Origin: Macrostomum lignano
Taxonomy: Eukaryota
Length of the DNA stretch: 64,000 nucleotides
Assembly (NCBI GenBank): GCA_002269645.1
Contig: NIVC01002334.1
Coordinates: 62,001 to 126,000 of the forward strand
Direction: 5' to 3'
Shown here: in pieces, positions 48,601 through 59,035 of the stretch
How the letters are laid out: the number at the start of each line of letters is the position of its first letter
How positions within the stretch are numbered: the first letter of the stretch is position 1
Notes under the pieces: generated by a model
Told to the model about the DNA's origin: nothing
The model's input: only the letters and a program-made list of their open reading frames with translations
Database searches by the model: none
Translations under genes and position numbers: made by a program

Positions 48601-51600
48601 GTTTGTCTGACAATCAGCTTCATTCAATCATTTATATGGTAGTATAACAAAAGTGAATATATATGCTCTTTTAATAAAGATATAAGTCCCATCTAGTGTT
48701 CTGGAGGTTCATATTTTGTTACACAAGCTCATATTTTTGGGGTTTTACTAATTTAATTGTATATGTATTTTTTATTTATTTAATCCAACCCCCCTCTCTC
48801 TTTGCTAACCTCACCCCCACGTTAAATTATTAAATAAAAATGGCGTGATTTTGGTAAGCGTGCTTTTTGCTAAGTGGTTGCTTGTTTTGTTTGCCTGCGC
48901 AAGAATTCAGAAGTATTGAAGGCTACAAACATCTGATTATACTTAATTATTTTTTGGTTTTTGAAGAGTTAGTCAATTTAATGTCTAGTATATGCTTTCT
49001 CAGTCATGCGCAACCTTTGGATTCACTTGGCTGTTTCTATTGGCAGCACACACATGTAAGTTGCTATTGGACCATACATGCGCAACCCCCTTGATTTACA
49101 CTGGCCATGCAACTTACTTTTTGACCAAAAATGCGACTTACCTGTGAAAGAAACCCTAACACAATTTTGGGTAAACGGCAGGAGTAATTATGACTGTCTT
49201 ATAAGGCCTAAATGCCTCATCATCTAATTAGTACTATGTCCGTATTCTTTAGGCTGGGCATTTTTGCGACTTACCCCTGGTCCACCACAATTTACGGTGG
49301 CCAGATCGGCCAGGTCGGCCAGCAGTTGCGCATATATGCTATTGGACAGAATAGTAGTTACGTGACTGCTCTCAGCCAATAGCGACTTACATGTGTGTGT
49401 TGCCAATAGAAACGGCCAGGTGAATCCCTAGGTTGTGCCCAAGCATGTGCTTTCTTAAACTCTAAATTAATTTTAATTATTTTTGGGATTGCATAAAAAA
49501 AACACCTACTCTCATATAGACAGGGGATAGGAGATAGGGGATTGTGAGACAAAATACTATTACTGCTACTATTACAAAAATTAATTGAAAATAAAAACTA
49601 ATGGACATTAATGCAAAATGATTTTGATAATTATTTTCTACTCAAAGATAAAGTAAATTTAAATGCTTAGAGATTTTTTTTCTTTGTATGAGTATATAAG
49701 CCTAATGCATATATTTTTTCTTGATAATCTAATGCCTAGATATTTTTGTCCATAGTATTAGCATTTTTTCTAATAGACATATGATTGTCCTTGCCTGTAG
49801 GATAAACTCTAATAAATTAAAATAATTTTTTATTTTATTCATTTGTTTAAAGACAACAAACAACTACAACAAAATATAGTAAATTAGTAAACAGAGTGTC
49901 AGATGGCATGTCAAAGTGCTAATAAGTAGAAAAAATCAACCTTTTCAAATAAAAGTTTTATAAATGATATATCACATAACTTAATATGTTTTGTTTCTTA
50001 TATCATATAATATATAATAAAACAATAGACCCTTAATTAGGACCTGATTCTTGAGTACTTGATTTAGAATTCTTAGTGCTCCAACTTTATATAGCTTAAA
50101 TATCAAAACATTTTTATAGCAGAAAATGATCAAACTGGTAGGCAACTTTTCACAAATATTAGAAAACAAAAGGTAGCAGACTAAATGTAGTCATTTTTAC
50201 CTTTTTTGAATATCTACAAGTATTATTTTAAAATTTGTTATATATGCAACTATTTTTACAAAGATCTTCCTCAACCCTTATGTTCACCCTTAGCCAGTAT
50301 CAATATAACCAAGTTAATATTGCCAATTTAAAATCCAAATCCAATCCAAACAAGTAAAATAATCAGTTTGAAATCATAATATCAATTACTTCAAACTTTT
50401 AAGGTGGTTGCTGTGGCGACCAGAGTGTCCGTCGCATCATTGGAGGCTGGGGCTGGGCTTGGTGGCTTGTAACACAAACTCAGAAGTGAGTAATTAGTTA
50501 TTGTTAAACTTGATAATATATTAATGTAGTGGGTCCAGCGCGTTTGTCTATAATTTTTGTTTATTTTTTTCAGACTAACTTTGGAGGTGTTCACACTGAA
50601 GCCGCGCTGTGAGAGTGTTGAAACCTCCGAGGGTGTAGCTCTGACAGTGACAGGTATGGTATTGATTTATTTTATTCATTTTTCTGGAGTTGGGAGTGAT
50701 AAGATTTAAACTGGAAGTGACGTATGGAAAATGGGATATTTTAGTGGGGATGTAGAGAGGGGAGAATACAGAAGGGATGTAGAGAGGTGAGACCCCATAG
50801 GGAGTGTAGAGAGGGGAGAACCCAGAGGGGTGTAGAGAGGGGAGAACCCATAGGGAGTGTAGAGAGGTGAGAACCCAGAGGGGTGTAGAGAGGGGAGAAC
50901 CCATAGGGAGTGTAGAGAGGTGAGAACCCAGAGGGGTGTAGAGAGGGGAGAACCCATAGAGAGTGTAGAGAGGTGAGAACCCAGAGGGGTGTAGAGAGGG
51001 GAGAACCCAGAGGGAATGTAGAGGGGGAAGAACCCAGGGGGATGTAGAGAGGGGAGAACCCAGAGGGAATGTAGAGGGGGAAGAACCCAGGGGGAATGTA
51101 AAGAGGGGAGACCCAGAGGGAATGTAGAGGGGGAAGAACCCAGGGGGATGTAGAGAGGGGAGAACCCAGAGGGGTGTAGAGAGGGGAGAACTCAGAGGGG
51201 TGTAGAGAGGGGAGAACCCAGAGGGGATGTAGAGAGGGGAAAGTTCTGGGGGATGTTAAAAGCAGCGAGTCGACAGTAGATGACACGAATGGCATCCCTT
51301 TAATCAAAGGCGTCGCCCAAGTGAAGGTGATGCGAGATGATGAGATTCTGGCCACCGCCTGCGAGCAGTTTCTGGGCAAGTCGCGCCAAGAGATGGAGGA
51401 GACAATCCTGCAGACCATGGAGGGCCATCTGCGCGCCATCCTGGGCACCCTAACTGTCGAGGCCATCTACAAAGATCGTGACCAATTCGCTGAACTTGTC
51501 CGCGAAGTGGCCGCACCGGATGTAGGCAAAATGGGCATCGAAATTCTGTCCTTCACCATCAAGGACATCTACGACAAGGTGGACTATCTAAACAGCCTCG

Positions 51601-54067
51601 GCCGCACGCAGACTGCCGTTATCAAGAGAGACGCCGATATTGGCGTGGCCGAAGCCGAGAGAGACGCCGGCATTGTTGAATCGTCCTGCCAGCGAGCCAG
51701 AATGGATGTCAAGTACGACATGGACTCGAAAATTGCCGACAGTGCCAGGACCTTCCAGATGCAGAAGGGCGCTTTCGATGTGGAAGTGAATAGGGCCAAG
51801 GCCGAGTCCGAGCTGGCCTATAATCTCCAGGGTGCCAAGGAGAGGCAGAAGATCCGAGCTGAGGAAATCGAAATTGAGGTGAGATAATCTAATGCTTTGT
51901 GGGTGGAAAACAGGGTGTGAAGAGGATAACAGGGGAGGGTGAGAAGAGGGTAACAGGGGAGGGTGAAAAGAGATAATAGGGGAGGGTGAGAATAGGGTAA
52001 CAGGGGATGGTGAGAAGAGGGTAACAGGGGAGGGTGAGAATAGGGTAACAGGGGAGGGTGAGAATAGGGTAACAGAAGAGGGTGAGAAGAGGGTAACAGG
52101 GGAGGGTGAGAAGGGGATAACAGGGGATGGTGAGAAGAGGGTAACAGGGGATGGTGAGAAGAGGGTAACAGGGGATGGTGAGAAGAGGGTAACAGGGGAG
52201 GGTTAGAAGAGGGTAACAGGGGAGGGTGAGAAGAGGATAACAGGGGATGGTGAGAAGGGGATAACAGGGGCTGGTGAGAAGAGGGTAACAGGGGATGGTG
52301 AGAAGAGGGTAACAGGGGAGGGTTAGAAGAGGGTAACAGGGGAGGGTTAGAAGAGGGTAACACGGGAGGGTTAGAAGAGGGTAACAGGGGAGGGTTAGAA
52401 GAGGGTAACAGGGGAGGGTTAGAAGAGGGTAACAGGGGAGGGTTAGAAGAGGGTAACAGAGGAGGGTGAAAAGGGTAACAGGGGAGGGTGAAAAATGGGT
52501 AACAGGATAGAGTTAGAAGAGGGTAACAGGGGAGGGTGAGATGAGGTTAACAGGGGAGGGAGAGGGTAACAGATGATTTGCTCTGTTGTTATTTCAAGTG
52601 ATAGTTAAGATTAAAAAGTTAAATTTAGTAATTTGATTTCAAATTGCTGCAGGTTCTGTCTCACTTTGTGTGTTAGAAACAGAGATAGTCAAATAAATCA
52701 ATCCTGAGTTTGCGCACCCCTTCTCATTCACAGCGAACAGCAGAATTCAGACAGTGCTCAATGCGTATTGACTGTATATTTAAGATAAGGCGAGAACCTT
52801 TATAGATTTACAACTAGCTAGGTACTCGCATATCAGTGTGCAGCAATTACGTTCGTCTATTTTTTTGTTTTCTGAACTTGAAACATTTAATTTGATCTTT
52901 TTGCCATTAGTAAAGGTCAAGTAAGGTCAAATGAATATTATTTATGTACTGCATTGACAAAAAACTTAATAATATAGTACGTTACACTGTCTATATGTAT
53001 CGAAAACAAGTTTAATAATTACCACGCCGATATGTATCGAAAAAATCATTAATCATCACTTCACCGCCTATATGTATAAAAAATTGGTTTCTTAATTACC
53101 CTGCCGAAATGTATTGAAAGCAGATTTAATAATTATCCCGCCGATATGTATAGAAAGCAGGTTTAATAATTATCCCGCCGATATGTATCGAAAGCAGGTT
53201 TAATAAATTATCCCGCCGATATGTATTGAAAGCAGGTTTAATAATTGGCATACCGATATGTATCGAAAGCAGGTTTAATAAATTATCCCGTTGATATGTA
53301 TCGAAAGCAGGTTTAATAAATATCCCGCCGATATGTACTGAAAGCAGGTTTAATAATTGGCATATCGATATGTATCGAAAGCAGGTTTAATAAATTATCC
53401 CACCGATATGTATCGAAAGCAAGTTTAACAAATATCCCGCCGATATGTATTGAAAGCAAGTTTAATAATTAACCTACCGATATGTATTGAAAACTGATTT
53501 TTTTATTATTGCGCCGATATGTATCGATAACAAATAAAATAAGTGGCACCTCCACTACCCTGGCAGGTTCGCGAGAAGCGCAAGCTGATTGAAATCGAAG
53601 AGAAAGAAATCATTCGCAACGAGAAGGAGCTTGACGCCAACGTTCGCCGCCCTGCCGAGGCGCAGGCCTTCAAAGTGCAGACCATCGCGGCCGGTGACCG
53701 GTTCCGCAAGGTAAAGGTGGCCCAGGCCGAGGCTGAGTCCATCCGGGTGCGCGGCTCAGCCGAGGCCGCCAGCATCGAGGCGGTTGGCAAGGCCCAGGCA
53801 GAGGAGATGCGACTTAAGGCCTCGGCTTTCCGAGCCTACGGCGACGCCGCCATCTTGGAGCTGACACTGGACGCTCTGCCGCGCGTTGCTGCCGAGGTGG
53901 CCGCGCCGCTGTCCAAGATTGACGAGATTGTTGTGCTGGGCGACGATCGAACCACATCTGAGGTGTCGCGCCTGCTGAGCAGCCTGCCGCCAGCTGTGCA
54001 GGCCCTGACGGGAGTTGATCTGTCCAAAGCCCTTGGCAAACTGCCAGGAGCCACGGCCACCGCTTAG
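42669..54067 (+). CDS. FLOT2: Flotillin-2/reggie-1 (426 aa); exons 42669-42717, 50404-50485, 50574-50653, 51310-51878, 53567-54067
   Basis: MGNIHTVGPNEALVISG|GCCG...GGWGWAWW...|LTLEVFTLKPRCESVETSEGVALTVTG|VAQVKVM...ILQTMEGHLRAILGTLTVEAIYKDRDQFA...AAEVAAPLSKIDEIVVL...LSKALGKLPGA. All phases are consistent. Confidence 0.96.
43621..44341. mobile_element. 721-bp non-autonomous TIR element with an 8-bp TSD, superfamily unassigned
   Basis: TIRs CCCTATTGGAATAAGTT / AACTTATTCCAATAGGG (extending imperfectly to about 30 bp). TSD GATTTTTT at 43613-43620 and 44342-44349. Repeated TGTCGC motifs internally. Confidence 0.85.
45358..45635. mobile_element. 278-bp hAT MITE
   Basis: TIR CATACATGCGCAAC / GTTGCGCATGTATG; TSD ATCTGGAC / ATCTAGAC (7/8). 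Confidence 0.85.
45874..45905 (+). mobile_element. Helitron-like 3' terminus (variant)
   Basis: Hairpin GTGCCCC-AAA-GGGAGGCAC followed by TAGATTG-CTAG|T. Confidence 0.45.
47082..48411 (-). mobile_element. Mariner (DD34D) transposon; transposase 48222-47156 with one frameshift
   Basis: TA flanks; 31-bp TIRs CGAGGGGTGCAGAAAAAGTTTTGGCAACTGG with 4 mismatches; RWVPHAL, VVTGDEKW, HDNASSH and PYSPDLAPCDF motifs. The CGAGGGG-type TIR resembles Hsmar2/irritans elements. Confidence 0.95.
49001..49447. mobile_element. hAT-like palindromic MITE containing a nested MITE (49073-49338)
   Basis: Outer TSD TGCTTTCT (48993-49000, 49448-49455) and about 60-bp inverted arms. The inner element has CATACATGCGCAAC / GTTGCGCATATATG ends, is flanked by duplicated CTATTGGAC and is homologous to 45358-45635. 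Confidence 0.8.
50745..51250. repeat. Purine-rich 20-30-bp minisatellite (GTAGAGAGGGGAGAACCCAGAGGGG) in FLOT2 intron 3
   Basis: Visible array. Confidence 0.92.
51912..52572. repeat. 21-bp minisatellite GGGTGAGAAGAGGGTAACAGG in FLOT2 intron 4
   Basis: Starts about 35 bp after the donor at 51879. Confidence 0.95.
52995..53530. repeat. About 36-bp minisatellite CCGATATGTATCGAAAGCAGGTTTAATAATTATCCC in FLOT2 intron 4
   Basis: Ends about 35 bp before the acceptor at 53566. Confidence 0.93.
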
Positions 54068-55245
54068 GCGATGAACTTGACCTTGAAAAACCCCCTCAAC
54101 TATCAGGTGTGGGTTCTTCTAGCATGGCCTGTTTTACTAACTCCTAAAATTATATCCTGTTGATTAAATTAATTATTTTATACTCTATCTTCATCTTCTA
54201 GAGCACATAAAATTATTAATAAAGATAATAGAAAAGTTTTGTCGTTGTTTTCTTAAAATTTCTATTAAAAAACAGTAAAATTCAAAACTGCCTACTGACT
54301 GTTTGTCTGTCAGTAGTCTCGTCAGGGTGTTTTTTCGGCGTTTTAATTTGCGCACTGTTTGATTGGCAGCTCGATTCTGTCAAGTAATTTTGTTATTGTT
54401 CGGCAAAAATTTTCGCGCTAAATTCAAAATTCAATTGTACGCCTTGCACGTTTGGCATCTCATTAAATAATGAATTATTTATTATTAGAAACGCTTTGTC
54501 TGGCCACCTTGTTCTGCTAAGTGCATGTGCAATACGCTCTATAAACTTAACCTTCTTTGAATTATTTTTCTCTGTCTTTAATAATATCAAGACTATATTC
54601 TCCTTTCTGTCTAAACAATATTGCTTCAATCGCTATTGATGTACAAGCATGTGTCCCTGTCCAAATATTTATGGATGGCTTTGCCTAACCGGATACTAAT
54701 AAGCTTGTTTTTTATTTGTCTATCCAATATTTATCATCTGTATTCGATATGTTGAATATGGGCCACTAATTTCGCCGACTTATATATTGAAAAAAACGAA
54801 TATAGTTTTTTTACTATAGTGGTATCTGAGCCATGCGTTATATATTAACTCGAAACTAATTATTGTGTAAGTGTTACCTTGTTCGAAAATTTTAGTAGGC
54901 AAGTTTTACCAAAAATAAAATTACGAGGATAGAGGGTCTTCCTTTTTTTCAGCACAAATATTTGTATTGCTTTTGATAGGAGACAGACTTAATGTTCATC
55001 TTTGGATATGCTTTGTCCTTCTTATATAGCACTATTGATATTCATAGAGCTTTTCACTACGTACATTCATGCATTTATTGTGCCTAAAAATCTTTAGAAT
55101 GGCACAACTCTACTCGTTGGTTTCATTCTTAATGACTGTGTAACAGAATTTTATTAAATCGATTTATAAAACTAATGAATCGAGCTGTGTTATTTTATGA
55201 GTTCTAGGCATAGGGCCTTCTAAGTATATAGTGATATAGGCAAAA

Positions 55246-55500
55246 GGGGGCTGTAGCCTAGTGGTTATAGCGTCAGACTCACGGCTTGAGGGTCGGGGGT
55301 TCGATTCCCTATCCCACTGGAACGATTTGTGTCCTTGAGCAAGACACTTAACTCTGCATTCCTTCAGTTCCCCCCAGCTGTAAAATGGTTCCCAGCATTA
55401 GCTGGGGTAATTGAGGGTGTGTGTGGCGACCTTCCTGTGTTGTCCTTAATGTTGCCTGCACATGGGTCGACACGGACACTGAATAAATTCCTACGTGTCT
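55246..55500 (+). mobile_element. tRNA-derived CORE-SINE, uninterrupted copy
   Basis: A box TAGCCTAGTGG, B box GGTTCGATTCC, then TGTGTCCTTGAGCAAGACACTTAACTCTGCATTCCTTCAGTTCCCCCCAGCTGTAAAATGG (MIR/CORE-like). Homologous to the split copy at 1590-1677/7093-7246. The 3' end is approximate. Confidence 0.88.
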
Positions 55501-55974
55501 TGAAAATCACCAGGATAGTAGACTCTTCTATGAATGAGTTTTAACTCGACTTTTGCATCAGGAAAACAATTAAAAACCGCAATGTAATCTCCAAGACCCA
55601 CTGACGAATCGAAGTCATGTTTACAAAAAGTCAAGTAAATGTCTATCTTACAGACGCCAATCAACACATCGCTTCAGATCAGTTTGCCGTTCTTAAAGCA
55701 AAATCTCTCAGAAAGCTTCTAGTTTACAGATCGGAGAGGCTTATATTTTGACTCCATGATCTCATGTCCGTATGCGTCGCAGCGTAGAATCTTTGTGACG
55801 AATTGTGCTGAATTCTTGTACCGATTGCACACATTATCCTCGTCAATGATCACTTCGAAGTCGGCCGTTTTCTCTTTTGGTATAGCGTGGTTGTAGATTT
55901 TGACGTATAACTGGAAGAACACAAAACGTTCGACGGCTTTGTCTTCCATATTTAATCTCGTATAGAAGCCGGAA

Positions 55975-56400
55975 CTAGCAATCAGCGCCCCCCGTTGGGG
56001 AGCCAAAAAAATGCAGTACAAGTTTTTTTAATAAACTACATGTAAGCGTCTCTTTGCATTATACCTTGTAAGCCTTGACATGTCAGAAAATCCCCCACAA
56101 GCCTTAGCATATCAACCCCCTTGACATCTTAGCAATGCCCCATAAGCCTTGAAATCTTAAAAAATCTGTCAACCTTCTAACCCTAGCCCTAAACCTAACC
56201 CAACCCTAAACCTAACCCTAACCCTAAAGCATTGACATTTCAGTAATTCTCTCCAACAGTCACTATAGCAATACAGCATTATAGCGATTCCATGCAAGCC
56301 TCGACATCGTAGGGATTCCCAAATGAATCTCTTAACTTCGACATGAAGCTATGTCATCCCCTTTCCTGACACGGGTGCAGCTGACGAACCTTAATTTTTC
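55975..56400 (-). mobile_element. Helitron-like element 3' region with an internal telomere-like (CCTAAC) tract
   Basis: The minus strand ends GGCTCCCCAACGGGGGCGCTGATTGCTAG|T, nearly identical to 17773-17803. Degenerate CCCTAA repeats lie at 56177-56228. The 5' limit is uncertain. Confidence 0.6.
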
Positions 56401-59035
56401 TAGCGAATAGGTTTATGAGGGTGTGGCAAATATGTTAATTACGGTTAGTGAGGGGGGCGCGGGGTCCGGATCCCCTCTATATGTACATGTAATTGCCCCC
56501 GCAAGCTCGATGCAAAAAGAAGATAGTTGCATCAACTGGCCAAACCAAGCAGACTTAATTGGCTCATCAAGATTGAGACAAGATCAAAAAGACACCAAAT
56601 ATTTATTGACGCCCCTTGGGAGAGGTGTACGCCTATCAACATTATAAAACTCTCAGTTTTGTAAATGAATATTAATTTTAAAATGAACAATTGACAAGGA
56701 TGAAAAGCTCGATAAAGTTCCAAATGTGGCTTACTTCTCAACAACACAGCATTTTTTACGTTAGAATTTTTACGTCAAGGGTCCTGAGAATTAACAGAAG
56801 TTCAAATTCAAATCTGCTTAAGCGTGGTTTCTTTCAGAACGTATTTAATTATAAATTGCAACAGGGTTTCAAGCCTAAAATGGTAATCTAAAAGCCCGCT
56901 TATTATTCTGGTTGGTTACTATATAATAGTGTACATTGCTCTTTCTCGTCTTAGGTGTTAGGTGTTATTGTTAGGTGTTAATTATTATTTTTTAGCAAAC
57001 CGGCTAATTGACCCAGCGGAGGGGTCGACACCACCTGAGCTGCACCCCAGCAAAACTTAATTACCTCTATCATACGTGCATCGGAATTATTTTTCCATCG
57101 AATATAGTTTTTTCTCTTGTAAATCCAGTTTAAGTACCAAGTAAATTTCATGAATACCTGCGTCAAGTTTATTTCTAAGAATTAAGAAAGTTTGCTGTAT
57201 CCGCACTCAAACATAGCTCCACTGCGATTTTGTTCACCTCAGTTGGCTATTTATTCCAGTCTCCACTTACCGGGCTGCGAATTTCCAGATCTATGTGGCC
57301 CTCCACCAAATAAATCACCTGGGAGGAGCCAACGGAAATAGAGACCATCAGCGAGTCTGACGAGACAGCTCCCATACACAACTCGATCGCCCTGACAGCT
57401 GTCCAGCAGGCGGAGCTCTCCGATTCAAATGAAGCAAGTTAGTGTTTTTTCTGTGCTTGGTAAATATAGAGGGGCAAGGGTAACGGAGAGGTATACCAGC
57501 CAGTTCAGTTTAATATTCTAAATAAAGTTTTTACCAGCTGCAGAGACTTGTCTCAAATCTCTAAGAGCGAATGGCCGCATAGAGGTGGGCAGCTGGGTAC
57601 TAACCGCCTTTCTTGCAGCCTTTTTAGTAGACCATTCTTCCTTTAGCACTGACAGCCCCTCGACACCCAGCCCATTACGCTTGCGTTCTGAAACTGCTAG
57701 CCTGGCTTCTCAGTGTAAGTTTTTCTTTGCTTTTTGTTAGTCTGATAGAATTCAGAAATGTTAACGGCACAATAAAAAATCGATCTCGTTCCGGTGTCCA
57801 TTAGTCGCCTGATGCCATCTTTTGAAGGTGCCGACGGCGTCGGGTGATGAAGGGATGCTTGAGAGACCAGCTGAGGATGTCCAGCAGTTGAGGTTTGCCC
57901 ACTGTTGAGGCTTGATCAGTGAAACTGAAGAAATTAGCAACGGGGTGTCATCTGACGCCGCCTTGCACACCGGTCTTGTGGCTATTTCTACAGTTGACTG
58001 TCCCAACTGTGGACTGAACTTCAACTGGGCAAGCTGTTCCTGTGGGAGTAGTCTGAGGATTTCAGCCGTTTCAGGACCTTTGTACGTATTTGTCTTTAAA
58101 GGAGTATGTAAGGAAGGCTCTCCTACAATTCTAGCTTAAAAACCATTGCATTTTACATTATAATGGGGTACCTTCATTTTCATAAATAACCATTACATAT
58201 ACGAGTAATGTTTTAAATAGCTATTAAAAGTGATGCTTGGGTTGTAAATATCTCACGCTCGTAATGGCAAAAAAGATAAACAGAGGGTTGAGCATGGGTA
58301 AAGCTAGTTGAGTCATACTTACGTTGCGTTTTTATTTTTCCACAAATTTCTAGAGCTGCATATACTATACATACTATACAACTTACTACATAGCTACATA
58401 CATTGCTCCTATTGTACTGCTTGTTCAATTTATGCACAGTGATTGTTGTTGTTGCCACGTAGTTTTCTAAAATATGAGAGGCTAAGTGGTTTTCTAACAA
58501 TAACATTGTTGATTCTTAAACTATTTGAGAAAGCAATTTTACTAAAACTTCATGACGGTTCGATCGAAGATACGGTAAATTCGAGAAAAAATGGGTTGCG
58601 GAAAGGACGAAAATTAATGGATAAATGGGTGAATCGACTAGATAACTTTTGTAGATAAAACATTTTATTTTCCGTCTAACTTTATAGAATCAAGGCTAAA
58701 ATTAGAAAAAACGTTGGCACTAAGCAGAGTTTGGATGATGCAGGAGCATCTTCTGCAGGAAATGTCTAAATTCCATACGCTCTAATGGTCCAGCAGGACT
58801 CTCATGCTTCCGGTAGACAGCAGTCTGACCTTTTTAATTGCCAAAAATTACACCTAAAGTTAAAAGAGAGCAAGCCGCAAAAAATATCCGCCTATGCTCA
58901 TGTACCTGCTTTTAACAAATTTCATTGTCAGCTAAACATACCGACTTTCTAGAACATGAAGTGAGAAGCTGACGATTCGGTTCACTAATTGAAACAAAGG
59001 CACTAAAGCTGAAACAAGTGTAGCTTTAAGCAGCA

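Noticed and set aside
55246-55320. Apparent tRNA gene
   Set aside because: A and B boxes are present, but the acceptor stem is poor and the sequence continues into a CORE domain shared with another copy, so it is a SINE head.
56177-56228. Telomere or chromosome-fusion relic
   Set aside because: It is only about 50 bp, degenerate, and embedded in a dispersed element.
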